DNA of 64,000 nucleotides from contig NEEC01000012.1 of NCBI GenBank assembly GCA_002189035.1, positions 1,240,001-1,304,000 of the forward strand, in the 5' to 3' direction. Within the stretch, counting starts at the first letter, position 1. Each line of letters opens with the position of its first letter. Positions 1 to 13,014 of the stretch are shown here, one piece after another. Origin of the DNA: Utricularia gibba. Taxonomy: Eukaryota > Plantae > Magnoliophyta. Both the position numbers and the translations under genes were made by a program. Under the pieces are notes generated by a model. It ran no database searches and was not told where the DNA came from. It saw only the letters and a list, made by a program, of their open reading frames with translations.

Positions 1-7
1 CCAGGGG

Positions 8-2025
8 TTGAGCGTGCCAGACGAATCCCATCAGAGTTTCAGCGACGACAGCAAGACTTTAATCCCGAGGTCTTCTTCTCCTCTGTCGGCCGTCTCAGCC
101 CCTCTGCAATGGATCCAAATGCTGTGCCGCAAGCTTCACCCCACCTTTGTCCTCGGCGTAGTACTCGTGTACGGCCTCAGTCAGGGGTTCTCACATGCCT
201 TTTTCAAGGTGGTCTCTGATTACTATTGGAAGGACGTTCAGGAAGTTCAGCCCTCCGCGGCGCAGCTCTACGCCGGACTTTACTGCATACCATGGGTGAT
301 GAAGCCTGTGTGGGGTCTGATGACGGACGTGCTCCGTGTGAAGGGGTACCTCCGCCGCCCTTATTTCGTGGCGGCTGGTGTCATCGGGGTGATTTCCTCG
401 TTGACCGTGGCGGCAGGAGGACAGCTGACGGTCGTCGCTGCGTTGAGTTGCTTGATGGGGATCATGACCGGCATGGCGATCGCTGATGTCACCATCGACG
501 CGTGTATCGCGAGGAATAGCATCGAGTTCCGATCGCTGGCTACCGATATGCAGAGCCTCAGTGGCGTCTGCTCCTCCCTCGGGGCGCTTCTCGGGTACTC
601 CACGAGCGGTGCCTTCGTCCATCTCCTCGGACCTCAGGTTTTTAAGATAGCTCATTCGCGATTTCAATCCAATAAAGAGTCAAATTCAGTTGCAGCCATT
701 GATCGTTATTCAGACATCCAACGTATGATACTTATCATTCTGACAGTTTTTACGAACTAGTGTAGATGTCTTTGGGGTCCTAGCGATCTCTCCAGCGGCG
801 ATGATCTCTTTAGGATTTGTGATCCATGAGCCTAGAGAAGATGCTCGTGAGGGCGAGAGGAAAACGGTGAGTTCAAACCATACACTCAAACATCAAATTC
901 CGGATAAGATGAGTCGAGTGCAAGCAGCTTACGAGATCAGATGAATGAATTATGTGCAGAAACCGATCTAATCTCACCCCATTCGAATGAGGATGCCATT
1001 TTGTAACATAATGAAGAGCCTTAGGAGTCTTCTTTCCAGTAGTGTGGGTGGTCTCCCTGGCTATGCACCATTATAACTCCTTTATGGGCTATAGAGTTAG
1101 CTATGATGGTCCTAATGCGAAACCTCTACATTGATGTAGGGAAGAGGGAAGCTAAAGGAAGCAGTGACGGGGGTGTGTGCGAGCATCCAAATCCCGCAAG
1201 TATGGAAGCCTTCTCTCTACATGTACCTCTCTTTGGCACTGAGCATCAGCACTCAGGAAGGCCAATTTTACTGGTACACCGACAGCACCGCCGGCCCTGC
1301 ATTCTCCCAGGTATTTTGGGGTTCAAAATCTTGACCTCAGACACGTGAACTTCTACTGATATCCCAATTCACAGGAGTTTGTGGGAATGATCTACGCCAT
1401 AGGTGCCATGGCTTCAATAGCTGGAGTCGTCATTCACCATAAGGTCCTCAAAGATCAGCCCTTCAGATCACTTCTCTTCTTCGCGCAGCTTCTCTACGCA
1501 TCTGCAGGTATTTGAGCACTTGTTTTTTCGGACCTCTACGGGAGGTCTCGTGTTCCTGAAAGGCTCAACTCTGCAGGAATGCTTGATATCATCTTCGTTC
1601 TCCGCTGGAACCTTGCGATCGGGATACCAGACTACTTGTTTGTGGTGACTGAGGAGTGTGTATCGAGGATCATCAGTCGTCTGCGGTGGATGCCGATGGT
1701 GGTACTTAGCTTGCAGCTTTGTCCATTGGGAATCGAAGGCACATTCTTCGCGCTTCTAATGTGCATCGATAGCATTGGTGGGCTCACGGCGAAATGGGGC
1801 GGGGGAATGGTTTTGCACACGTTGGGTGTTACAAGGACCGACTTCAGTAACCTGTGGGTGGCGCTTCTGATCAGGAACGTGCTCAGGTTTTTGACTCTGA
1901 GTTTTGTGTTTCTGGTGCCAAATGCTCGTGCATCAGAGGCTTTGATACCTGCAACTGTTGAGAATGAGACGAGGAAAAAGGATATGTCGGAGCTAGCTCC
2001 GTTGAAGGAGAATATTGATGTTTGA
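8..2025 (+). CDS. Folate-biopterin transporter (BT1/MFS family), 5' partial; exons <8-637, 747-866, 1140-1310, 1375-1507, 1577-2025
   Basis: BT1-family motifs in translation: YYWKDVQEVQPS, PWVMKPVWGLMTD, DVTIDACIA, QVWKPSLYMYLSLALSISTQEGQFYWYT, LCPLGIEGTFFALLMCIDS. GT-AG introns with consistent phases when the exon-2 acceptor at 745-746 is used. No ATG before the conserved region, so the start is probably upstream of the window. Confidence 0.9.
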
Positions 2026-3084
2026 AGCTTGTGAAGATGATGTCAGAAGGGTCATTGGTCCAGATGAAACCTGAAGATACGATGAGAATCCAACCAAGTT
2101 CCATAAATCATACAGAAGCCACCTGCGTTCGCCCTGCATCCGCAAACATGAAGTCGGGAGACCAATGCTGTCACCAGGATACTTCAGCTTGTTCCTAACA
2201 ATAGTCCAACACTCCCCATTGTAGATTTGCTTACATGAATGCAAGGATGCCTGTTAATCAGATAAAAGCGTTCACCCGTACAGAGGAAGATCATCTGCTC
2301 ACATTTGTTGTCGATTCTTGCATGTAACCACTATCTTTGCTTGCCGACACTGCTCCCCTTGTCTTAAGAGAAAAGCTCGATGACTGCAGGTTAAGATAAT
2401 CCATCCCATATTTGAAAGAGATACTATTTGCAACATCTGTGTACAAGTCAAGCGGTTAATGAAAGAAGACTCAAATATACCGCACCAACTTCGGAGCACA
2501 CTATAGAAGTAATGTTTCCCGTTCCCATCTTCAAGTCTTTCCTAGTTACTAGGACTTGAAGCTAGAATTCAGGATAAAAGTTAAAGCATTTAGAACTATC
2601 TATGTTACAAAAAAATTTCGGTCAGACGTCCCGATTATAGAAGACCAAATGCAATCTAAGACGATAAGGGGTAATCGCATTAGCAATCCATTAGCTTTAA
2701 TTAGGCAGGCATTGCTAACGAAGGTTCTATAACGCTGTTACCATCAATCATTCCAAACAACGCCACTGCGTGAAAATCCCACATGAAAAAACGATGTCCA
2801 AGGCTGGTAAAATTACCGGTTTGAGCTCTTCATCCGAGCTACGAGAGAAAGAATTTGGATGCCGTGGTACTATATAGTTCGGGACAAGCATCTTTCTGCA
2901 AGAATTTTCATAGCCCTTGATAAGTTACAAAACCCAAATACAAAACCAATAATCAGACCAGAGAAATTAAATTTTTTGACTTGACACCTACACCCAACAG
3001 CTCTCCTACAAAGCAATCGATGACTCAAATCTCAGATTGTGTGAGAAGAATTTGTGAAAGAACCCATAATCTTCCAAGAAGGGT

Positions 3085-3425
3085 GTTTATAACGACAAGC
3101 ACTCGGAGGCGAGTAGCAAGCGTGGCTGGACATCACAGGAAGAGAAATGTCTTGTTTTAACTTACAAACAAGCTATATTGCTTGGGTGGAAGACAGAGAA
3201 TGGTTCCCGTCTTGGTTTTCCACTTGCTATTGCCAAAGAATTGGAGAAACTTCTTCCGAGAACGGCTATACGTGCCAATCCACATGTGGATTCAAAGCAT
3301 CATACTTCGAAAATACAAAACAATATTACGAGCCGTTGGAAATCTTAAGCAAATCTGGAACTGGTTGGAATAGCTCTACTCACATGATTGATGCTACATC
3401 AGAATAATGGGCTGAAATTACACAG
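3085..3425 (+). pseudogene. PIF/Harbinger Myb/SANT-like ORF1, exon 1 (frameshifted), element 1
   Basis: Translation KRGWTSQEEKCLV...GWKTENG...IRANPHVDSK, then after a frameshift KQYYEPLEILSKSGTGWNSSTHMIDA. This is the typical Harbinger-associated Myb/SANT-like domain. GT donor at 3426. Confidence 0.75.
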
Positions 3426-3554
3426 GTTTCCTTTAAAGTCTGTGATGTTACTATGAAGTTTCTGCATTTGATTTATCATTTGAACATGTTTACGCATTTT
3501 GGTTTTTGTTTAGATTAATCCTAAGCTTGGGAAATTGAGATTTAAACATGACCT

Positions 3555-6500
3555 TGTAGAAGAGAAGAAACCACTAGAGAAATAAGGTGGATAGGGGAAA
3601 AAAAAGTGTAATGGTTTTTTAGATATAAGTTACTAGAATAACAATACCACTAACTTTTGGATAAAGAGTAATCAGTTAAATGTGCTAGTTACAATCATGG
3701 AAGGTCATAACACACATTTTATTAACTTCCTTCTATTTAAGTGTATTGAAACCATTGTTTTAATATGCAGTAAATAAACATTCCTTTTACTTACACGGTG
3801 TGCGTGCCCTCTTTTTTTATCTATTGGTATCAGAGCTGCCCAACAACTTTATGTCACCGCTTTCCTTTTGATCCTCCCATTCCCAACTTCCACTCCTATT
3901 CCCATGGCAACCAGCACCACTGTCACCATCTACAATTTCATCACCATAAAATTAACTGGCACTAATTATCCATTGTGGAGGCAAATGGCAATTGGACTTG
4001 CTAACAACCAGGGACTCACCGGCCATCTTACTAGTGAAACACCCCCACTAGTGCAATGTGCTACACCATCCCACAATCCTAACAATGCCACATCTTCTCA
4101 GTCGGTGCTATCTATAGAATTCATCTAGTGGTGCTCCTTTGATTGATGGACTACTTCGAAAATGATCTAGGTGTAAAGGACTACTTGGAAGTTGGCTTCT
4201 CAGCACCATCTCGAATGAATCTTGGCCCATTATTGGCTGTGAAACAACACATGCGCTCTAGATCACACTTCGCGATGCATATGCCCGACCAATTATAAAA
4301 CTCTCTTCATTATCACATCCGACAAGAGGCATTATGCTCTTCATTATCACTTATCCCAAACCCGAAAGAAATCCGACCAATCTCTTAAAGACTGTTTTCT
4401 CCAATATAAAACTCTCTGTGACCATCTTGTAGGCATAGAAGATCCACTCAATGATGATGAGAAAGCATATTTCTTGCTTCACAGCCTCGGCTCTAATTAT
4501 GATTCCTTTGCCATGATGATGCTTAAGGATCCTCGACCATCATATCGTGATTTGATCCCTCAATTGTAGAGCTTCAAAATGAGAAGAAGAATCAATGAAG
4601 ATCTAGAACGCTATTTTACCTATCAACCAACCTCCATGGTGTTTCTCACACAATGTCAAAATCCCACGAGCAAACTTTTATGTCCAATGGGAGGGGCTTC
4701 CAAGCCTAATGCCAGGTATCCCCTAACACTCCTGCTTTGTTACAGTGTCAACAACATCCACTCCAATCACAAACCAGCAGCATCGAAATGCTCCACACCA
4801 AGGCCATGCTCCGCTACTACCACCGCCATCAAGCAAACGACAAAATGAAGTGTGCTAGATCTACAATCTAGAAGGGCATACTGCCAGGATCTGCTGGAGA
4901 TTACTCGGTCCCCAAGTTGACTCGATTGAAACCTTGATCCCACTCTTGAAACCAATTGGATAGTGGACACAGAAGCAACTCACCACATGGCACGTACAAC
5001 ACACGTTTTCAATCAACTTTCTCCATACTCAGGTACTGATAGAGTGCTTATTAGGAATGGCATGTCCTTGTCCATTGCTGGTGTTGGTACATTCACCTTA
5101 ACGCAGGACTCTTCTAATGTCCCCTTGAATGATGTTCTTTATGTTCCAAATCTCACTTGAAATCTTCTCTTTGTTTCATAGCTAACGAAGGATGAACAGG
5201 TTAATTGTGAGTTTACTAATGTCGTTTTTCTGTGAAGGATCACAAAACGGGTAGAATTAAACTGGATGGTCACCAACGAGGGGATCTCTATATGCTCCAC
5301 CAAGGTCCACCCTTTACTACTTTCCTTTTATATCACTTAAAGTCTTGCTCTTTTGACATTTGGCATCAACGTTTTGGGCATCCTCAAGATACTATGGTGA
5401 AGTTTTAAAAAATAAAGGCCCGATATCTGTCATCAAGCCATCAAGGTCTTCTTTTTGTGATAGTTGCCAGTATGGAAAAATGTCAAAACTTCCATTTTTA
5501 GAATTAGAACCCACCTCTTATGCTCCCTTGAAAAACTTTATTGTGATTTATGGGTCCTACCCTTGTCACCTCTCGCAATGGTTTTCGTTACTATGCATGC
5601 TTAGTCGATGCGTGTTCATGATTTATATGGTTTTTCCTTTATGAAAAAAGGTTTTTTTTTTGCTGAAACTGCCATCCAATTCGAAGCTTTCATACTTAGA
5701 CAGTTCGACACTCAAATCAAGATTCTTCAAATAGATAATGGTAGTGAATTTGTTAACACTTGTCTTGACAATAATTTTTTAAAAACATGAATGACTGATC
5801 ACTTTTCATGTCCATATACCCATGAGCAAATAGGGAATGTTGAATGCCGCTATCGCACCATTCAAGAGCATGGTATGACTCTATTGTTCCATAGTGGTCT
5901 TCCCTTGACAATGTGGGTCGGAGCTTTTGGTGCTACTGTCTATCTTCAAAATTGTCTACAATCTTTTTTGCTGAGAAGAGAGTTCCCTTAATCCATATTG
6001 TTCCACTCTACTTCTGATCACTCCTCACTATGTGTGTTTGGGTCTAAGTATTTTCCATATTTATGAGATACAAAGCAGCACAAGTTTTCTCCTAAGATCT
6101 CTTTATATGTTTTTATAGGCTACAATGATTGTCACAAAGGGTACAAGTGCTTTAATCCGTAGACAATGGAAATTGCATATTTCTCGACATGTTATTTTTG
6201 ACAAGCAATCTTTCCTATTTATAACCCCACTCACATCTCTTGTCCTCTCACTGATGTTGTTTCTCATGTTTTTGAACTGTGGTCATAGGCCTAGGCCTCG
6301 CCTTTGAGCTCATCTACCAGCCCACTTGCATCAGTTCACTCAGGTGCTTCTATGGTCATCCTTATGGTTGTGCCCATTGTCGTGCCCTTAGCGGCTCCCA
6401 ATAGCCTTCCCTCGACTCCATTTGTTTGTGATCCGACATCCCAACGCCACAGCCTGCTCACGCCAATGGCCACCAGCCCCGTTGGTCCTAGGGGCGCCCC

Positions 6501-9500
6501 TATAGTTCCTTTGCCCTTTGCTACTTCTGAACTTGCCACTAGTGGTACCTGGAAAAGACCCTCGGCCTTAGTTTCGGAAGACAAGTCATAGTAGCAGTCA
6601 TCACTCAAGAGAGCTCAATGGTAGTAGTAACATTGTTCCATGGGAGACTTGCACTGATATGAATGTGTTATCCCTGGAGAGCCTAGTAGTGACTCTGGTC
6701 ATGCTCTTCATGGTGAATGTAGTCCAGGGGAGATAAGTGCTAGGACACACAATAATGATATCCATGATGACAGTCCCCTTTCTCTCGCCATGGTGGAAAT
6801 TGAGGAAGGTGGACAAGTGGTTATAAGTGATCAAACACTCCCTCCTAATCTTGTGTTACTCAATATTCTTATGAGAAAAGAACACATTCCATGACATTAG
6901 ATCTCAAGCTGGCATCCTCAAATCGCATCCCAAGTATGCTCTACATGTGAAATGACATTACTCTATCCATAAGAACCCAGAACGGTTCAAGAGGCACTTA
7001 ATCATCTCGGATGGAAGGGCTCCATGGATGATAAAATGGATGCCTTGAAGTAGAATAACACATGGACTCTTGTTCCACATGTTGAGGGAATGCATGTGAT
7101 TGGGTGTAGATGGGTCTATAAAGCAAAGCTGAATTGTTTGAAGGCTAGACTTGTCACCAAGAGGTATACTCAGGTTGATGAAATTGATTACATAAAGACA
7201 TTTTCACCTATTGTGAAACCAAGTACGATTCGACTTCTCATCTCTATTGCACTTGCCAACTTAATTGGGAAAAGTAGACAACTTGATGTTAAGAATGTCT
7301 TTTTGCATGGTGAAATCCAAGAAGATATATATATGGAACAACTACCAAGTATGAAAGATACAACTTTCCAACACATGTTTGTAAGCTTAACAAGGTATTT
7401 TATGGATTAAAACAGGCACCTAGAGCTTAGTTTGATAGGTTTAGCTCGTTTCTTTTGCAGTTAAGCTTTCCATGCACCTTTTTGATCCCTACTATTTATG
7501 GCTCATATAGAGAGTGAAACCTTAGCATTGCTACTTTATATTGATGATATCATTGTCATAGGAACAACTCCCCATATCATAAAAGACCTCATTGAAAAAT
7601 GGTCCTCTGAATTTTCCATGAAGGACCTTGGAACGTTGCATCATGTTCTTGGAGTACAAGTGACACACTATGAGCAAAGCCTTCATCTAACCAAAATTCA
7701 CTATCCTCTTTCTGTTTTGGACAGGTTTTGGATTAAAAGATTGCAAGCCTATGTTGACGCCACAAGCACTAAAGTTCAAAACCACTCAAGAGAAAAGGAA
7801 ACTCAAGGGTCCAACATCTTTCACAACATTGTTTGGAACCATGCAATATCTCACATTCACACAATTAGATATCACATACATTATAAATTATGTGTCCCAG
7901 TTTATGCAAGACCCAACTACACATCATCAAATTCAAGCCAATCAGATTTTACGCAATGTCAAAAGGACATTGAATCTTGGACTCCTATATTCACAAGACT
8001 CGCCATTATGTCTTGAGGCATACTTAGATGCAGACTGGGCTAGTTGCCCTCTCACAAGATGCTCAATCACTAGATATTGTGTGTTTCTTGGTACAAATCC
8101 AATCGTCAAGTGTTCAAAGAAGCAGTAGATTGTATCAAGATCTAACACTGAAGTGGAATATAAAGCAATGGCTGACATAGTAGTAGAGGTAACCTAACTG
8201 CAATTTGTACTAAAAACATTGAAGGTCAAGCTAGATCGCACACCTACACTACACTATGACAATTTGAGTGCACTTCATCTCATAGTAAATCCGATCTTCC
8301 CTACTAGAAGCAAGCATATAGAAATTGATTACCACTTTGTTCAAAAATGTGTGGCGATGCGATATCTAGTAGCCCCAACATATCAGCTTGCAGATCTCTT
8401 TACTGAAGGACTATCTTCAACAAGACTCATCTTTCTCACCAGCAACCTTGGGCTTACCCCATCACTAAGTTTGAACAAGGGTATAGAAGAGAAGAAATCA
8501 AAGGAGTGATAAGGTGGATAAGAGAAAAAAGGTGTATTGGTTTCTTAGAGATGAGTTACTAGAAGAACACTACCGCTAGCTCTTGGATAAAGAGGAATCG
8601 GTTGTGTTATGGACTTACTCAAGTCAACCCAGCCCAATCTCTACAATAGAAAGATGCAACCCAAGTCCAACTCAGATGTTTAAGAGCAATTAACCTCAAT
8701 AAAGAAGATAGGCTAGATTCTAGGTTTTCTCAAGCTTGGAGGCTTTTGAAGGGGCTTAGCCTTGAGGCTCCCTCTTTTGTGTTTCTGTTATCCTGGAGTG
8801 TTTCCTCTTGTTATTCAAGTTACTCTTTTGTAGAACCTTTCCCCTATAATCGAACTTGCATTGCTTCTTTTATTCATTATATTTAAGCTATGACCTAAAA
8901 CCAGATCCAAGACCAAAAAGCTTACATCTTTGGCATTAGAAAAAGGGCCCCCAATGATGAGCAACATTCCCCAAATCTCTCGTGAAAGTACCGAGGTCAC
9001 CAAAGTTGTTTCAACTCACTTGTGCACCTTAGAATTATTACGAAACCGAGAATGACATGTTACAAAACCGGGAACTTCTCCAATAGCCTATTGTCCCTAT
9101 AGGGCTGCTTACAACATGAAATTGAAAATCAAACAATAGTGTAATGAGATGTTGGAAAATGGGATCATTCATCCCTTGTCTTCTCCTTTCACCTCCTTAG
9201 TTATCCTAGTTGAAAAAGCAGAAGGGACTTGGCGTATGTGTGATAGATACATGAGATTAAATGAGATAGTTGTGCTTGTTAAATTCCCAATTCCCATCAT
9301 TGAGGAACTCTTAGAACAACTTGGAGGCACTAAAATATTTTCAAAATTGGATTTGAGAACCAAATTTCACCAAGTTCGCATGGCTGAGAACTCTATAGAA
9401 GCCACTGCGATCTACACTCACGTTGGCCACTATGAATATCTCGTTAGTAAATGCTCCATCTACTTTTCAGCGATTGATGAATGAAGTTTTTAAGGATATG

Positions 9501-11265
9501 ATGAGAAAGTTTGCTCTAGTTTATTTTGATGATATTTTAGTGTATAGCTCTTCATTTCGTGAGCATCTCAAACACCTATAACAAGTTTTCAGAAGATTAC
9601 AAGAGAGCCAACTTTATTTGAAAGGCTCTAAGTGTTCTTTTCTCAAAACTAAGATAAAATATCTCGGCTATGAAGTCTCGGGGAGAGGTGTGGAAACCAA
9701 CTTCAAGAAACCCGAAGCAGTCCATTCATGGTCACTACCACAAGATATTACATCCTTAAGATCATTCTTGGAGCTAGCTAGCTACTACAGGCTATTTATT
9801 AAGAATCTTGGGACCAATGCAACGTCCCTTATTGCTATGCTTCAAAAAAATAATTTCTTCTGAACTTTGGAAGCTAAGTAGGCTTTTTCTACATTGAAGG
9901 AGCAACTGACCTTGTCATCGGTCTTGTCTCTTCCCAATTTCATTTTGCCTTTCGTTATAGAGTGCGATGCCTCAAATTTTGGTATGGGAGTAGTTCTTAT
10001 GCAAGAAGAGCACCTAGTCTCTTAATTCAGTCACCCTTTTATGAATCTTAGAAGAATTTTCCAGCCTATGAGAAAGAATTAATTGCATTAGCCAAAGCTG
10101 TCAAGCATTGGCAATCGTACCTCTTGAGAATGACTTTCATTATCCGAGCGGACCACTGTCCTCTGAAACACCTTCTCCACTAGCAGCTGCATACTCTCCC
10201 TCAACAACATTGTGTCTCCCAACTTTTAGGGTACTCTTTTTACGGTTGAATATAAGTCTGGAAAATGAAACTTAGCAGCTGATGCCTTGTCTCCAAAGAC
10301 AGAACCCCCCCCCCCCCTGCATAGTCGGTCGGAGATGTTGTCTATCTTGAGGAATCACATTTGGCCAGCTCAACAGCGAATGAAGTATTTCTATGATAAG
10401 CATCACCGTTCTTTGGTATTCTCCCCTGGGGATTGGGTTTGGCTAATACTAAGTTATGTCCTCCAAGTTTTTGTCTGAGAGCAATCATCAAGTAAATTAG
10501 GTCCTAAGTATCATGGGTCATTCCAAGTGGAGAAGTGCATTGATTATGCCGCTTATCAGTTGAAGCTGCCCCCTACCAGCAAGATCCACTCGGCATTTCA
10601 TGTCTCCTTACTGAAGATGAGCCCATCGATGTTCCTTTTGATTTGATTGAGGTCTTTTGCTCTGAATCTGTCCTTAATGCTCACAAGCAAGGCTCTCAGA
10701 TCATGCTTCTGGCTCAATGGAAGGGTTATTCAATTGAGGAAGCTAATTGGGAAGGAATCAATGTTTTCCTAAACTCTTTTCCATCTTTTGTTAATGCAAC
10801 TACTTTGCACTTAAAGTACCGAGGGATTGTTATAGACTTACTCAAGTGGACCCAGCCCAATCTTTACAACAGAAAGACGTGACCAATGTCCAACTCAAAT
10901 GGTTAAGATTAACTAACCTCTGCATAGAAGATAGGCTGGATTCTAGGTTTTCTCAAGCTTGGAGGCTTTTGAAAGGGTATAGCCTGAAGTCTCCTTCTTT
11001 TGTATTTCTGTTATTTTGGAGTGTTTCTTCTTGTTATTCTAGTTACTCTTCTGTAGAACCTTTCCTGTGTAATTGAACTTGTGTTACTCCTTTTATTCAT
11101 TATACTTAAGTTGAGACCTAAAACTAGATCCAAGACCAGAAAATTTACATGTTGAATGTGCTAGCTACAATGGAAGGTCATAACACACGTTTTCAATCAA
11201 CTTTCTTCTATTTAAGTGTATTGAAACTAGTGTTTTAATGTGCTTGCCCTCCTTTTTGGTCTATA
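3555..11265 (+). mobile_element. Ty1/Copia LTR retrotransposon (Ale/Retrofit-like), degenerate; 5' LTR 3555-~3824, 3' LTR 8482-8604 + 11150-11265 (split by a Gypsy)
   Basis: PBS TGGTATCAGAGC at 3825-3836. Gag NFITIKLTGTNYPLW, protease DTEATHHM, integrase IDNGSEF, RT GCRWVYKAK...RQLDVKNVFLHG and LYIDDII, RNase H DADWASC...RSKHIEIDYHFV. Flanking 5-bp TSD gacct (3550-3554) / ggcct (11266-11270). Many stops and frameshifts. Confidence 0.93.
8605..11149 (+). mobile_element. Ty3/Gypsy chromovirus, internally deleted (no gag/protease); LTRs 8605-8926 and 10828-11149
   Basis: Two 322-bp TG..CA LTRs, with about 49 mismatches by hand count. Degenerate Met-PBS and a PPT. RT (GIIHPLSSPF...KFPIPIIEELL...FSKLDL), RNase H and integrase remnants, and a chromodomain (QWKGYSIEEANWE). 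TSD ggttg (8600-8604) / tgttg (11150-11154). Confidence 0.92.
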
Positions 11266-12046
11266 GGCCTCTCCATCTGGATTGGTAATGAAAGAAGGAT
11301 CTATAGCTCACAAACTAGGAGCCTTGACGTTTTCAGATTGAAGAAATTTGAACAAAGTAAGAACTACGTTTTATTGTGCATCCACATGTGTATTTATACT
11401 GCTTGAGTGTGGATAGCCGTTGCACCTAAATTGACCGTTGTTGAGCAGGTTACCGTTGCTGGTGACTTGGGCTTCTTCAAAGTTCGGGCTTCAAGTGGCC
11501 TTGTTCAGCCCAGGAATGACTGTCTTTGTTTGGCCCAGGATTGCCTCATCACCCATTAACAGGGAAGAGATCTTTGGTAAGGATCATGCTATAAGTGAAT
11601 TCGGTACTTCTTACAACAATGCTACAAATCATGGTTCTTCAACTCATAATGAACCAAGACAGTCTTCACTGATGGCTGAAGCATCATTGTTTAGTGATTG
11701 CACATCCCTTATTGCTTCAGATTCCAACTATAAGCTGCCAATGAAAAGAAAGAGGTAAACCACCATGCAGCAGACTGAATTTGTTATCTAGATGAAAGCA
11801 ATGGCAACCATGACTAGTGATGCATTAGACAAATTGGGGATAAGGATGGGTCATGGGCATACACTCCTTCAGAAGCAAGAGACTGTAGCTGAAATCACGA
11901 ACACCATTCAAGTTGATCTCACTGCTTCAGAAAGACTACTGGTAGCTGAGATTATTATGTCCAAAGTCCCAAAAATGATATTGTTTCTCAAGTTATCAGA
12001 TGCTGATCGGGTTGTAATGATCTATGACATTGCATCTACTTTCTGA
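11266..12046 (+). pseudogene. Harbinger Myb/SANT ORF1, exon 2 remainder (element 1)
   Basis: The exon starting near 3515 (INPKLGKLRFK) continues after the Copia TSD as WPLHLDW and, after a further insertion, EEIFGKDHA. The C-terminal DALDKLGIRMGHG...AEIIMSKVPKM...YDIAS aligns by eye with the ORF at 37456-37788. Confidence 0.7.
11286..11561 (-). mobile_element. Probable solo-LTR remnant (~276 bp) inside Myb/SANT exon 2
   Basis: Separates codons GAT TGG from GAA GAG ATC TTT GGT of the DWEEIFG motif. The minus strand begins TGTTAA and carries TATAAATA and AATAAAA motifs. No clean TSD. Confidence 0.5.
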
Positions 12047-12789
12047 TCATCATCGACTTTCACCAATTACTCGGCCTTTTGACCACCATTGCATATGAAA
12101 GAAATACTTGTGTGTTTCTTATCAAGTTTTTAGGACTATTACTACTTTTTTTGTAAGCCAATGATGGTGTATGAAATGCAATAGTTTTTTTTGATGTATC
12201 ACTTTGTTTCTTAGTTTGTTGGTTCTTTAAGCTTTAATAAATATTTAAATCAGACAATGAGATTCATTACAGAAAAAGGAACTGACTCTGCTGAAATTAG
12301 ATAAAGAACTTCCGGAGATTTCATGTTTTGCATTGCAACAATTGGAGCAAGATTTTGAAACTCACGGTGGGTGCCTGAAGTGATCGGAGACTGATTGGTT
12401 CTCCGGTATAATTTCTGTGAATTATGAATGGCGACATGAGCTGTTTTGTGTTGCTTTCTGCGTGAACAATTTCTGGTTTAGGTGATCAAGGGAAAATGTT
12501 TCAGAACTTTGAGTGCTGTGGGGCGGGGTAAACTGTGAATCTATTGTTTTGTAGGTTTGTTGAAATATGATGTTGTTGCCGTGCTAATTCTAGATTTTTT
12601 ATGTTTTAAGGTTTGAGAGACGTCCAATTTGGTGTTTGTACTGACTAGAAGTGATGAAGGAGCACGGGGAGATGACTAGTTAATCAAAGCAGCAGCCATT
12701 AAGGAATTGAACCAAAGTATGATGTGGCGCAAGTTTATTTTCCCAGCTTTTTCATAGTTAGGGAATTTGTGCGCGGATGAGGAGATAGG

Positions 12790-13014
12790 ATGAGTTTTGT
12801 GAAGCCCACATTTTTGTTGCTCTGGGTGTTGCTTTCATATTCCTCCTGCTCGGAAGTGAAAGCAGCAGGGGATGGAGAATCGTTCACGGAGGCGCTTTTG
12901 TTGAAGCCTCTTGCAGATCGAAAAGTTTTGGCTCATTTCCACTTCCAGAGCAATGCACCGCCTACTGAAATTTATGGCCGCCATCATTATATATTTCCCA
13001 AATCCATTTATCAA
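12790..13014 (+). pseudogene. PIGT: GPI transamidase subunit PIG-T/GPI16, exon 1 fragment
   Basis: Signal peptide plus ESFTEALLLKPLADRKVLAHFHF...GRHHYIFPKSIYQ, matching the plant PIG-T N-terminus. No GT donor follows and the homology stops. Confidence 0.85.

Noticed and set aside
191-667. Antisense and alternative-frame ORFs over FBT exon 1, and similarly over CCD8 at 20314-21255
   Set aside because: These are shadow ORFs expected from GC-rich coding sequence and have no recognisable motifs.
1993-2499. Minus-strand ORFs just downstream of FBT with some splice-like signals
   Set aside because: No recognisable protein in any frame and no consistent exon chain.
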